The translations under genes and the position numbers were made by a program. A stretch of DNA of 64,000 nucleotides from the human T2T-CHM13v2.0 reference genome, Homo sapiens. The notes beneath the pieces are model-generated. The model was not told the DNA's origin. It worked only from the letters and a program-made list of their open reading frames with translations, and ran no database searches. Numbering within the stretch: position 1 is the first letter of the stretch; the number at the start of each line of letters is the position of its first letter. The stretch lies in the NCBI RefSeq assembly GCF_009914755.1, contig NC_060935.1, one strand, 5' to 3'. Of the stretch, positions 26,571 through 39,758 are shown piece after piece.

Positions 26571-27388
26571 ATTCAAAGTGGAACTATCTCACAATCACGA
26601 GATAGTGGGCTGAAGTTAGGTATAAATTTGATGACCATCAATTCTCAGGATGTCTATCACCCTTCTTGTCATATCTTCTTTTTTCTCCAATACATTTTTT
26701 TAAAATTGGGACTTAACTCACATACCATAAAACAAACACTTTTAAAGTGCATAATTCAGTAGTTTTTGGTATATTGAAAATGTTGCAAAACTAACAGTAG
26801 TAACTAATTCTAGAATATTTTCATCTGCACCAAAACAAACTTGTATCTATTAGAAGACGCATCCTATACCCCTTACTCCAGGCCCTGGAAATGGCTAATC
26901 AATTTTCCGTCTTGATATACTTTCCAGTTTTTGAAATATTATATAAATAAAATCATACAACATGTGATCTTCTGTGACTGGCTTGTAAACCTTGTAGCAT
27001 GTTTACAAGGTTTTCATGGCTTAGCATGTATTAGTATTTAATTTCTTGTATTTTACCTGAATAATATTTCATTGCATGGATATCTTATATTTTTTCATGC
27101 ATTTACCAAAGTATAGACAAAAATTGCTTTCCTCTTTTTGGCTATTACGAATAATGCTATGAATATTCATGTACAAGCATCCGTTTTGTCACATCTTTTC
27201 ATTACACTTATATGCCAGGAATGAGAATATTGGTCACTCTATGTTTAATTTTTTCGAGGAACTACCAAATTGTTTTCCAAAGTGCTTGCCTCATTTTATG
27301 TTCCCATAAACAATGTGTGAGAGTTTCAATTTCTCCAGTTCTTTGCCAACACTTCTTATTGCCTACGTTTTGATCAAAGCCATCATAG

Positions 27389-28177
27389 CGAAACAGCAGA
27401 GATCCCTTATCTCCCTCACAGGGCATGTGACAGAGGTGTGGCTCACATCTTCTTTGCCCTGCTACTCAAACCTCTAGTGGGAGCATGCAGACAGGCAGGT
27501 ACAGAGGTCGTGGGGAGCGCTTTTAGGTTCTGAGCCCATGGCAGCATCTAAGGGGGAGGGTTTATGACTCCCAAAGCCCAAGTGGGTGTGTTTTACAGTG
27601 TGCTCTTTCAGCTTTGTCATCTGCAGACACCTTGTATTAGTCAGCTCAATTAGATTCTCTGCCTTATTGTAAGGGCAGAGGGCTTTCTGTATCTTGAGTT
27701 CTTGCCCAGTGAACCGGAAAAATAGGATCACATGTGGGCTTAAAGGGTGAGTGCAAGGTTTTATTGAGTGGTGGAGGTGGCTCTCAGGGAGATGGATGGG
27801 GAGCTGGAAGGGAGATGGAGTGGGAAGGTGGTCTTCCCCTGGAGTCAGGCCTCCCAGTGGCCCAACTCTCCCCCAACCACTCCCAGCCAAACTCCCCTTG
27901 GTGTCTGCATCATTCCTCCATTGCTGGTCTGCCAGTGTCTGCTGGTGTGCCTCTCTGCTCCTCTCAGTGTCCAGCCACTTGTGTCTATGCCCGCTTAAGG
28001 TCTTAGGTTTATATGGGCACAGGATGGGGAGTGTCGTAGGCCAAAAAGCAATTTTTTGGGCACAGAAACAGACATACCTGTTCTCATTTAGGTTCATGTG
28101 CACAGGCCTGAGGGTGGAGCCCTCACCAGGGATCTGCCCATCTCTACCCAGCACTTTTTTGCCCTACTCCCATATCA
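27389..28177 (-). mobile_element. 3' LTR of LTR1-family (HUERS-P-type, ERV1) provirus
   Basis: Direct-repeat partner of 29616-30427; adjacent TCTTCCCCCTCT is a minus-strand polypurine tract. Confidence 0.85.
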
Positions 28178-29615
28178 TCTTCCCCCTCTGAAGAGACACA
28201 TCTAACTGCCTTTAGAATATGGATGACGACCAGTCTTAGCTACTTCCTGCTGACAGGGGGTGTTGTTTTGGGGAAAACAGCATTCAGATTCCTTCCTGAG
28301 GTCTATTTAAGGGTTCCTGGCAAAGGGGAGCCATCATCTGAAGCTCCAGTGGCCTGACTGTTTGGAGTTTGATGCCTCTGAGAGAGAAAAAAATAAGTTT
28401 TATAAAGGTTAAATATGCATGGATTAAACACATGTATTATACAAGGAAAGAATTTAGGGCCAAAGATTACAGAGATAAGAAGGGAAATATACTAACAACC
28501 CAATGTGGTATGAACCCATGAAGCAGGGAAGACCTAGAGAATAGGAATTAACTGCCCACATCTATGCCTCCTTCTTCCCCTGCTGTTGACAACCTTTGAG
28601 TTCCCTGGGCCTCATTTATACCATGGAGTATGGCCTGCTTCCATGGGGTAGGGGTTCAGTCGGCAGGAATTGTTCCTGCCTATTTACATTGTGCCTGTCA
28701 CCTGGCTTTAGATCCCTCAGATCTGGTTTTCCTTTCTAGGGCCTCAGCCTGAAGCTTGGAATCAAGTTTGGGACTCAAGGGGCTGCATGTATCTGTTTAG
28801 AGTGTCTCAAATGAGTCCTGCTAAATTTGCAGTTATCAGCCAGCAGGGGTCATTCCTCTGCTAACTTCCCTAGCAGAAGGAGCGTGCTGGAGAGGCGAAC
28901 CCTCTCACTCAGAAAAGCAACAAATAAAAAAATTTAAAAAACCAGTTTAAGGGGCCAAAGGGGGAGGTCCTGGGGGAAGAATCCCTTGCTCAGTGCAGGT
29001 GGGTCCCTTTAATCCTTGTATCCTTTTCCCACTTCAGGCTAGGTTGAATTCTTTGGCTAGGGGAGAAAAAGTTCTGTTGGTATGGTGGGTGGGGAGTACC
29101 AGCCAATTGGCCCTGCAGGGTCCCTGTGGTAGCCACAGTTTTCTCCCACCCCTTGTGGCCACCGGGCATGGGCTTTGCATGCTGTGAACGTGCCCAGGTG
29201 CCTGAGCTAGTAGGGGAGAGGGTAGGAAGAGGAGGTGCTGTGAGCTGTGCACGCCTGCAGCTGTCACGGTGGAGGCAGGAATGGTACCTCTAAGAACGAT
29301 TGCTCTGATTTGCACCTTTGATAGCTGAACCAAATGCTCATTTTACTTGGCTACATTGCTGCAGCATGTAGCAAAACTCTTAACATTATAAAGGAAGAGA
29401 TAAGAGCCATTTCAAATCATGAGAGAAGAAAAGACACCAAACAAAGTCTGGGGGTTTTGACCGGTGCCCATTAGGGTAGTTAAACCTCTGTGAAGGGAAC
29501 AGAGCCATTTACCTGCAGGAAATAGAAAGAGGTGGCAGGGTCTTGGAAGAAGCAGATCCAACAGTTTCATATTTGCACTTACCTTCTGATGAGAGTATCC
29601 CGGATGAGCCCCAGC
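28178..29615 (-). mobile_element. Short (about 1.44 kb) non-coding ERV internal region, HUERS-P-like
   Basis: Bounded by PPT and PBS; no gag/pol/env ORF. Confidence 0.8.
29597..29613 (-). promoter_or_regulatory. Retroviral primer-binding site for tRNA-Pro
   Basis: Minus strand TGGGGCTCATCCGGGAT versus canonical Pro PBS TGGGGGCTCGTCCGGGAT, 2 nt downstream of the 5' LTR. Confidence 0.85.
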
Positions 29616-30427
29616 TGAAACAAGAAAGTTACCTTTTCCCCGTCACAGGGAATGTGACAGGGGTGTGGCTCACTTCTTCGGTGCCTTGCTGCTCAAACCC
29701 CTAGGGGGAGCATGCAGATGGGCACATGCACAGGTTGTGGGGAGCACTTTTGAGCTCTGACCCCACAGTAGTGTCTAGGGGGTGAGTGTTTATGACTCCT
29801 GAAGCCCAAGTGGGCATGTGTTACGGTTTTTTTTTACAGTGCTGTTTCGGCTTTGCCATCTGCATACAGCTTGTGTTAGTCAGCTCTATTAGACCCTCTA
29901 CTTTATCGCAAGGGCAGAGAGCTTTCTATATCCTGAGTTCTTGCCCAGTGCACCAAAAAAATCGGATTACACATGGGCTTGGAGGGTGAGTGCAAGGTTT
30001 TATTAAGTGGTAGAAGTGGCTCTCAGGGAGACAGATGTGGAGCCAGAAAGGGTATGGAGTGGGAAGGTGGTCTTCCCCTGGAAATGGGCCGCCCAGTGGC
30101 TGGCCTCTCCTCTGACTGCCCCTGGCTGACCAACCCTCAGCGTCTGCATTGTTCCACCGTCGCTGGTCAGCCAGCACCTGCTGGTGTCTGCCGGTGTGTC
30201 CCTCTGCTCTTCTCGATGTCCAGCCACTTGCGTCTGTGCCCGCTTAAGGTCTCAGGTTTATATGGTCACCAGATGGGGGGCGTGGCAGGCCAAAAGACAA
30301 CTTTTTGGGCATGAAACAGAAATGCCTATCCTCATTTCGGTTCATGGGCACAGGCCCAAGGGTGGAGCCTTTGCCAGGGACCCATGCCTTTCTCTACCCA
30401 GCACTTCCCTGCCCCCCTCCTGTATCA
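29616..30427 (-). mobile_element. 5' LTR of LTR1-family provirus
   Basis: Minus strand starts TGATACAGGAGGGGGGCAGGGAAGTGCTGGGTAGAG and ends TTTCA; degenerate 4-bp TSD ATAG/TTAG. Confidence 0.85.
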
Positions 30428-32926
30428 TTAGCAAGTGTGAAGTGGTATTTCATTATGGTATTGATTTGCATTCTATTAATGACTAAAGATTATAAGCATT
30501 TCTTTATATGCTTATCAGTATTTTGTACACGTACTTTGAATAAATATCTAGGGAAATCTCTGGTCCACTTTTAATTAGAATATGTCTTTTTACTGTCAAG
30601 CTGGAACAATTATTTCTATATTCTGGATATGTTTCTTATTAGATATATTATGTGAAAACATTTTCTCCAATTCTTTTGGTAGCCTTTTAATTTTTTTCTT
30701 TTATTACATTTAAAATTTTTTTGTGTGTCTCTCCCTATAAGGATAATCTTTTAACTTTCTTGATCATAATCTTTGAAGCATAAAAACAAATTTAGATAAA
30801 GTTTAATATTTTGTTGTTTTATTGTGTGTGCTTTTGGTATCATAGCTAAGAAACAGTTGTATAATCCAAGATCGTGAAGATTTACATTTATGCTTTCTTT
30901 TAAGAGTGTTATAATTTTAGCTAATAAGTATAGTGTTACCTGCATTTTTTCCTAGATGTCTTTTATCAAGTTTGGAAAACTTCTTTATTTTCTACTGTGT
31001 ATGTGCTTTTTAAATTTTTTAAATGTTAGATTTTCTTCTGCATCTTTTGAAATTTTTATGTATTACTGTCTTTTATTATAATAATATGCTATAGGTTGAC
31101 ATTTATATATTAAACCAACCATGCCTTTTTGGGACAAAACCCATTTGATTATGATTTTTAATTATTTTTACATGTTCTTGAATTCAATTTGCAAGCATAT
31201 TGTTGAATATTTTTATTTCCACATTCATAATAATATTTGGCTGTAGTTTTAATTACTCTTCTGCTTTGGTTGTATGTGTGAGAAATATCTTTGACTAGTG
31301 CCGGGATCAGGGTAACACTGATCTCCCAGAATGAGTTATGAAGTGCTCCATCCTTTTTTTTTAAGACTTGTTAAAAATTAGTATTACTTCTTCTTTAAAC
31401 ACTTGTTAGTATTTACCAGAGAAGCCATCTAGTATTGCACCCCTTTTTGTGGGAAGTTTATGATTGCTAATCCAATCAGTTTAATTGTCATGGGTCTATT
31501 CATATTTTTAAATTATTTGAGTCCGTTTGGATAATTTGTAGATTTCTAGGAATGTGTCCATTACACATTCTATTACCTATTTGTTGACATGCAGTTGTTC
31601 TTATTATACTCTATGGTCTTTTTTATTTCTGTAAAGTTGTGGTAAAGTACCCTTCTTCATTCTTGATTTTAATAGTTTCAGGTTTCTCTTTTTTTATTGA
31701 TTTGGTAAAGTTTTGTCAAATGTGTTAATCTTCCAAACAATTGACAGTTTCTTTAATTTTTTATTGTTTTCTGTTCTCTATTCTATTACTTATCACTCAT
31801 GTTTATTATTTCCTGTCTTCTACATGATTTCGGTGTAGAACGCTATTTTTTTGGTTAAGATAAGACGTTAGGTTATTCATTTGACATCTTTCTTGTTTTA
31901 TAATGTAGGTATTTACAACTATAAATTTCTCTCTGAATACTTCTTTCATTTTATCCCATAGGTTTTAGTCGTTTGTGCTTTCTTATTTATTCATCTTAAG
32001 GTATTTTGGAATTTCCTTTTGATTTCTTAGTTGTTTCGTTGCTTATTTCGAATTGTGTTGTTTTATTTCCACATATATATAAATTTCCCAAATTTCCTTC
32101 CACTATTAATATCAAATTTAATTCTTTTGTGTGTACAAAGAACATACCTTGTACAACTTTTCTATTGTACATTTATTGAGACTTGTTTTATTGCTTAACA
32201 TATGGTTTATCTGGAAAAATTTTCTTGTGCTCTTGAGATGTATATGTAAACTTCAGTAGTTCAATGAAATGTTCCAGATATTTGTTGGGTATAGTTGCTG
32301 TATAATATGTTTAAGTTTTTTATTTACTTGTTAGTCATCTATAAATTTATTCTATCCATTATGGAAACTGAAATATTTACATTTTCAGGTATAATTTTAT
32401 TTTATTTCTTTCTTCAATTCTATTAATTTTCATTTCATGTATTTTGGGGGGTCTGTTTTCTATAATTTTTATATCTTCTTGATGTATTGACACTTTTTTC
32501 AGACAAATTGTCCTGATTTGTCTTGTAAAACAAATACTATCTTAAATTATAGTTTGTATGGCATTAGTATAGCCACAACAGTTTTCAATTATTGTTTTAA
32601 TGATATATGGTGAGCATCTTTTTACTTTCAGCCTACCTACACATATTTAAATGGAAAAAATGTCTTTTGTGGGTAGCATATAGTGGCATCATTTAAAAAA
32701 ATCTAGTCTACTAATCTATGTCTTTTAATTGAAGTGCTTAATCTATTTATATTTAATATAGCAACTGATATTAGGATTTATGTCTGCTATTTTGCTGTTT
32801 GTCTTTCATATATCTGATTTTTTTCTTCTTCTCTTCTTCCATGGTTGCATTATTCTATGTTAATTAGATAATTTCTATTGTTCTAAATTAATTTTGTCTT
32901 TTTAATTTTTTTAGTATAGCTATTGA

Positions 32927-32927
<1 letters not shown>

Positions 32928-32957
<30 letters not shown>
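32928..32957. repeat. (TG)n microsatellite
   Basis: Directly visible. Confidence 0.95.
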
Positions 32958-32958
<1 letters not shown>

Positions 32959-35033
32959 TGTTATCTTAGGGATTACAATTAACCACATTAATTTATAACA
33001 ATATAGTTTGCATTATTACAAACTTAGATTTAATAGTATACAAAACTTTGCTCCTATATAGCTCCATTGCCGCTCCCCTCCTTTGTCCTGTTACTGTCAT
33101 GTGAATTATGTCTTTATTGTGTGGCCATCAACATAGATGTATAATTATTTGTCTGTTTAATCAGATAGATAAAAATGCAAACAAATGTATTTGTACATAG
33201 TCTTTTATGTAATTATCTCTATCACTATTCTTTATTTCTTGATTTGGATTCAAGTAGCTGACTAGTATTCTGTCATTTCGGCCTGAATGATACCTTTAGT
33301 ATTTCTTGTAAGGCATATCTGAATGATGACTTCTTTGTTTTTATTTATGTAGAAGTGACTCAATTTTTCCTTCATTCTGAAGTATAATTTTTCTGATTAT
33401 AGAATTCTTCATGTGTAGTCATTTTTTTTTTTTTGCAGCGTTTTTAAGATGCCATTTTATTGCCCTTTGCTCTCTGTGGTTTTTAGAAGACATATTGGCT
33501 GCAAATTCTATTGAGAGTCCGTTGTATGTGATAAGTTGTTTCTCCCAGCTGCTTGCAGGATTTCTGTTTATCAGTGTCTTTTAACAGTTTGTTATAATGT
33601 TTCTGGGTGAGATCTATTTGATGGCATCCAATCAAATTTCATTGAGCTTCTTTGATGAATAGATTAACGTTTTCAGCAGTTGTTTTTCTCAAATATTTTT
33701 TTCTGTCTCTTTATCTCTTCATTTTTTCTGTGTCTTCCTTTATGCATATGTCAGTACACTTGATGGTGGCTCTCGGGTTTTTGAGGCTCAGTTTATCTTA
33801 TGTTTATATTATTTTTACCTTTCCTCCTTCAGGCTGGATAACATAATTGTTATACTTTCAAGTTTTCTGATTCATTCTTCTTCTTGCCTAAATCTGCTGC
33901 TGAGCCACACTAGTACATTTGTAATTTTATTTACTGAATTTTTCACTCCAGAAATTAATTTTTCTCTTTTTAAAAGCACTTTAATCTCTATAGTCTTTCT
34001 GGGTAACAAACACATTGTTCTTATGCTTTCCTTTAGTTCTTGAGAAATGATTTTCATTTGTTCTTTGAATATTTTTAATAGTTGATTTTAAGCCTTTCTT
34101 TAATAAGTCCACTGAGTTTTCTCAGTGACAGTGTATAATTACTGCTTTTTCCCTTGTGTCGAACATACTTTGCTTATTTGAATGTTTTGCTTGTAGTTGA
34201 AAATTGGACATTCTAAATAATATAGTGTGGTAACTCTAGAAATCATATTCTCTTCCCTTCCCAAGTTATGTTGTTGTTTCTGGTTTTTTTGTTGTATTCG
34301 CTTGCTTAGTGAGTTCCGGAATTCTCTAATGTTTGTATTCTGTCTTGGCACTGACGTCTACTTTGTTGGCCTAGTGGTCAGCTAATAAATGGATAGTAAT
34401 TTCCTTAAATGCCTGGAAGAAAAATACATCTCTTTGTCTTTACCGAGTGGCTCTGTGTTCATGTTGAAGCATACTGTGAGCAATCAGCAATGAAGCTTGG
34501 CCTTTCCTTTCTATTTGTGCAGAGTCTCTAGGAGCCAGATGTGAGAGATCAGGGCATTCTCACTTATTTTCTGAACAGATGCATCATTATGGGCATGTAT
34601 AAATCCCTATATATGCATGTGGCCTTATAGATAACCAGCAATAAGTAGCTGCTCATTAAAGCCCATATAAACTTGTCATGACCAAGCTTTCACTTTTAAG
34701 CTTTTAGATTAGCCTATTGTTTGCCCAAACTTTTATTTATAACCTCAGGTCATGCCGAATGATATTTTAAAAATTGCCACTAATTATTTTCAACCAATGT
34801 GCCTACAGAAAAGGCTGTTAGTACTGGGCAAGCTCCAAGTCAGGTCAAATAAAGACCTGAGTCAGGAAACCCTGAAAGTGTGCGCTTCCAGGGAGCCACC
34901 AGATAAGTCAAACAAGGACAATTCTCTGGAAATGGTGCTTTGAAGAATCTCCAACATCATTATACCCTTTCATTGGTTTCCAAGCTTTTGGTTTTCAACA
35001 TGATTGCAGGATGTTGATTTTCAAGGCTATCAT

Positions 35034-35947
35034 TGAAACTGTCCCTATAAACTATAAAATTAATTAGGGGGTCAGGTGTGGCGGCTCATGTCTGTTATTT
35101 CAGCACTTTGGGAGGCCAAGGAGGATGAACTCCTGAGCTCAGGAGTTCAATACCAGCCTGGGCAATGTGGCAAAAGCCTGTCTCTACAAATAAAATTAGC
35201 CAGGTGTGGTGATGCACACCTCTTGTCCCAGGTACTCAGGAGGCTGAAGTGAGAGAATCACCTGAGCCCAGGAAGTTGAGGCTGCAGTGAGCCATGATTG
35301 TACCACTGCACTCCAGCCTGGGTGACAGACTAAGACCAACCCTGTCTCAAAAATAATAATAATAATAATCAGGGAAGAAGAGAGGGAGAGAGACAAAAAT
35401 AAAGCAAGGTTGCAGCACATTCAGCATTAATCATTAGGTCGGCTTTCCCTCTGATCTGCTTCCTCATAGTTGTTTGGTGCCTGTTGTCCTAGTATCACAT
35501 GGACCCTAAATTATAATTTTCCTTAACTGTTCTATAAATAACAACTTGAATATTACAAAACATAAAGTTTCCTCTTTGTGATATTCTTTCAGGTCCTGCA
35601 TACTGAAGAAACTACTAACTCAAGCTGATCTTAAGGTCCCCACTGACAGCAACTGATCTGAAGGACTCCATGAGGAGGTGACTAACCAAAGAATACAGTT
35701 TCTATATTCCGAAGATTTCATCCTCCTTACCACAACCAATCAACAATCTCAATTTTCTAGTCCTCCACCCTCCGTGATCTTAAAAATCTCAGCACAGAGC
35801 TCCTCAGGAGATGGATTTGAGAGTCTTGTCCCATTTTCTCACTTGGCACCCTGTAATCATTACTCTTTCTCTGCTGCATCCCTGCTGTCTCAGTGTAATT
35901 GGTCTGTTACTGCACAGCAGGCTTACAAACCTGTTGGTCCTATAACA
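35034..35947 (+). mobile_element. LTR26-like ERV1 solo LTR containing an Alu
   Basis: Starts TGAAACTGTCCCTATAAAC, resumes AATCAGGGAAGAAG...GCAGCACATTCAGCATTAATCATTAGGTC, ends CCTATAACA; TSD TCAT/TCTT. Confidence 0.75.
35070..35365 (+). mobile_element. AluJ (Jb-like)
   Basis: J-type GAGCCCAGGAAGTTGAGGCTGCAGTGAGCCATGAT; TSD TAAT(T/C)AGGG. Confidence 0.85.
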
Positions 35948-36177
35948 TCTTGGAACCGGAGATAGAACAAATTAAGTTATTACAAAACTCACTGTTCTTG
36001 CAGAGATTCAGACATTTTCTTTGAATAAATCATCTCTGAATTATTTCAAGTCTTTTGTATTCTCAGTGGTTCATAGAAAAATGATTCCAACAATCATCCA
36101 GGGTTCTCACAGCATTTTAAGGAGAGAGAATTTTTGAAGATTTCACCATATCCACTGATATCACCACACCAAGTATT

Positions 36178-36310
36178 TTTTTACTTTGTTTGTTTGTTTG
36201 TTTACAGACAGGGTCTTATTCTGTTGCCCAGGCTGAAATCAAACTCCTGGGCTCAAGCGATCCTTCCACCTCAGTCCTCTGAGTAACTGAGACTACGGGT
36301 GTGTGCCACG
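36178..36310 (-). mobile_element. FLAM-like Alu monomer
   Basis: (TTTG)n tail then ACAGGGTCTTATTCTGTTGCCCAGGCTG...CTCCTGGGCTCAAGCGATCC. Confidence 0.8.
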
Positions 36311-36369
36311 TTTTTTAACTTTTCAACTATCTTTTATATATTATGAGCTGAGTGAAATAATTGTCATTT

Positions 36370-36835
36370 AATAATATATACCATATAATATCAAAAGTAT
36401 ATTATAAAATATATACACATTTTTAGTTTATATATTTATAAAATTTAAATATTTATAAAGTTGATATCTAGATTAAAAAATATATAAAATATATATTTTA
36501 TATATACATATATACACCTATAATATATACATATTATATATACATATGCATATGTATACATGTATATACATATATATGTATGTATACATATATTTTATAT
36601 AATGTATATACATACATATGTATGTATACATATATTATATATAATGTATACATACATATAATATGATGTATACATACAATATGATGTATACATACAATAT
36701 AATGTATACATCATATAATATGATGTATACATACAATATAATGTATACATAGGTATATATGTATGTATACATATATGTATATATACATATTTATATATGT
36801 ATATATAATATATACACATATATTTCATATGCATA
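36370..36835. repeat. AT-rich low-complexity/minisatellite tract (TA, TATG, 18-bp ATACATACAATATGATGT units)
   Basis: Directly visible. Confidence 0.9.
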
Positions 36836-37359
36836 AACTTACCTCTGAAGTAGTACTATTTTTATCTCCTGTACCATATAATATTAGAGTATTGTAATTT
36901 AATTTCTGAAAGTATTATTATAGAATTGTGCTTTTTCTCTTTATTGATCAGCATTTGACTTACATACATAGTTTTCATCATTTCACTTTTTAGTTTTTCT
37001 GCAATTGGAAAATATCTTTTGTAAACAATGTAGCTGAATTTCTAAAATCTTTCAGACAATATGCTTTTTAAATAGATATTTTGTAAGAAAAGAGTTTTTA
37101 AGTTGTATGTAAATATTTTATTTTTCTTTGTATTTATTTGAAATTCAATAATAATAAAAACAATGCAAGTATTTAAAAGTATCAAATGAACTACAACAGA
37201 AACTATAATCATGTACAAATTCTGTTAAATCCAAATTAATCAGCCAATTTCTCATTCCAAGGAATATAGGTGTAGCATTTTTGCTTTCTTTTTCTACTTC
37301 CTTATTTGTCAGTCCAACTCCAACAACAATGATTGTTCTTTTTCTTTTCCAGTATCTCT

Positions 37360-38260
37360 TAAATCTTTGTTTTTCATTCACTGCCACTAGCCACCAGATT
37401 TTACAATAATAACAATAATGGCTCCTTAATTTGCATATCTGCATCTCATTTTTACCAGTTTTCCACATTATTCTATTTATTGCAAACAGCCTGGTCAGAG
37501 GTGTTTGGGTTGTGGGGTGGATTCCTCATGGCTTGGTGCTATCCTTGCAATAGTGAGCAAAGGTAAGTTCTCACGAGATCTGGTTAAGTGTGTGGCACCC
37601 CCACCTGGCTCCCACTCTACCATGTGACATGCCTGCTCTTGTTTCCACTTCCACCATGAATAAAGGCTCCTTGAGGCCTCCACAGAAGCTGAGGAGATGC
37701 CAGCACAATGCTTCCTGTCCAGCCTGCAGAACTGTGAGCAAATTAAATCTCTTTTCCTTATAAATTACCCAGTTTCCAGGATTTCTTATAGCAATGCAAG
37801 CATGGCCTAATACAATTCTTCTCACCAAAGTATTTTGTGACCTCTCTACTTTAATTTTTGTTCTCTAGCAAAATTGGTCATTGTTCAGTCGCTTAAACCC
37901 TTCAATAGCATACCTGTTACTTGCATTTGGATGTATTATTTCCACTAACTTGAGCTCTCTTCTGGAGGCTCTTCACAAAACTGGCTTATTACCTTCCTGG
38001 AGCTCTCTGCTTGTATATCATCCCCACAGTGTGCTCTTTCCTGAGTAAATACATCTCACTATTCACATCAGTGTTATATTCTCCATTAGAGCAGCACTGT
38101 GCTTGTTTGTTTCCTTAAGAACCTTTGTTTTTTTATAATCATGTACTTTTTCACAGCATCACACAGACATAAACTATGAAACTATGTTTCATTCCAAGTA
38201 GTCCCCTGTATGTGGCATTGTACACAGACTCGTCACTCAAATGCATTACTCAGGTGAATT
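37360..38260 (+). mobile_element. L2 3' region interrupted by the MST LTR
   Basis: CAATAATGGCTCCTTAATT..., AAAACTGGCTTATTACCTTCC..., 3' end GTGGCATTGTACACAGACTCGTCACTCAAATGCATT. Confidence 0.5.
37489..37814 (+). mobile_element. MSTB-like MaLR LTR, 5'-truncated
   Basis: GATTCCTCATGGCTTGGTGCTATCC...CTGCAGAACTGTGAGCAAATTAAATCTC...GGCCTAATACA. Confidence 0.85.
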
Positions 38261-39324
38261 ATTCTTTCAGAGTTGAATGTAATTTGCTTTCCGATAATCC
38301 TTTTAGTAAAATAAAAGAGTATTTTATTGTTTGTGGAAAATAAGATTTAAGTTCGAAACAAACTTATTTATAAGCTGTTTGCCCTTGGCTAGTTTAGTAA
38401 AGACCTCAGGGACTCAATTTTTCTTTATAAAGCGTAGCTAATTATTTACATATTTTTATTATTAGAATAAATTATACAAAATGTTATTCATGCTCAAGTA
38501 TTTACATAAAATTTTATTATTGATATTGAATTATGCACTGAGATTATTATGGACAAGGACTGCTCCCAGGGGTGGAAGTTAAAAAGAAGATGAATGAAGA
38601 GTGTCAGTTTAAAATTTTAATAAATAAATGTGGTACAAATTGAGCTCTGAACTTATGTAGATAAGATCTGCAAAATGCCAAAATTACAAAATAAAGCACA
38701 TATTGAGTGTGTATCTTTCATCCTCTTCCTGCCAGTATTTGTCAGGAAATTCTCACTAAACACTTCATTTCTGACTTCCCACTTACAATGAATAATATTT
38801 CCTTTTCTTAGTAAACTCATTATTGAACTGAATCAGCCAACTTACTCTCCATCTTGAGAGCTCTTGTTTAACTCTCCCTTTTTTTTTTTTACTTCACAAT
38901 GCTAACCACCAAATTGATAGATGCATTCTCAAGATGTTATTTTAGAGATAAATTGCTCTTTTAAACTGTGTCTTTGTTTCATATTCTCTTCAAAGTGATG
39001 AACAGATTTTCTGAAAGTTCTAATTTATATTTCTATTTTTAGACTGAGGTAGAATTATAAATAGAAATGAAAATATTACTATAATACAATTACTTATTAA
39101 TACAGTTAAACCTTAATAAACTAACATATTATAATAGCATCCCATGGCTGGTGTAGGAGCCAATGCAACACAACTATTAAATTAAAAAGGGATACAGAGA
39201 CAATTATTTCTAGGTATAAAACTTGGCTCTTTGCTCGCTCTGTCTGGATAGCTTTAAACACATTGTTTAATAAGAATTATGAATGTTCTTTGATTTTACC
39301 TTACTTTTGAATGAACAAGTTAGC

Positions 39325-39758
39325 TTGCTACTGTTCCATGAATGCTGGCAGAAGACACAACATTCCTGATCAAAGAAAAAGGACTTTGTGTTGGTAAGCA
39401 GTGTGAGCCTTATGACTGCACCAGTGCTCCATGCCTCTCAGCCCCATGGTGGAGACACAGGTGGGCCTAGTGCATGTATCACACCTAGTGGGTTTATATC
39501 TGAGCCAAGAAAGGCAAACCTTTGAAAGCCCCAATCTTTTTCAATGATGTTCAGTCAAACTTGCCTAACCTTTCCCCAGAGGGAGACATTATATTTATTA
39601 TACTGGACAGGTAACAGACCTGACCTCTGCTCTGGTGGCAGATGCTGTCTCTAGCTCCCAAGGCCATTTGCTATATCCTTAGAAAATATAGTCTGTCAGT
39701 ACCTCTGCTCAAAGCTATGGAAAAGAGTGAGAGTCCTATGGAGAATTTTCTCCCAACA
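39325..39758 (-). mobile_element. LTR40-like (ERVL) solo LTR
   Basis: Minus strand begins TGTTGGGAGAAAATTCTCCATAGGACTCTC...GAGCAGAGGTACTGAC. Confidence 0.75.

Larger units (their letters stand above)
26695..36170 (-). mobile_element. Old L1 (L1MB-type 3' end) with ORF2/ORF1/5' relics, host of an ERV provirus and an LTR26-like LTR
   Basis: 3' end ACATACCATAAAACAAACACTTTTAAAGTGCATAATTCAGTAG; continuity GCCATCATAG|CAAGTGTGAAGTGGTATTTCATT across the ERV; antisense ORF2/ORF1 motifs to about 34.1 kb; right boundary approximate. Confidence 0.7.

Noticed and set aside
27474-28191. 226-aa and 146-aa ORFs as genes
   Set aside because: They lie essentially within an LTR and are not maintained intact in the sister LTR
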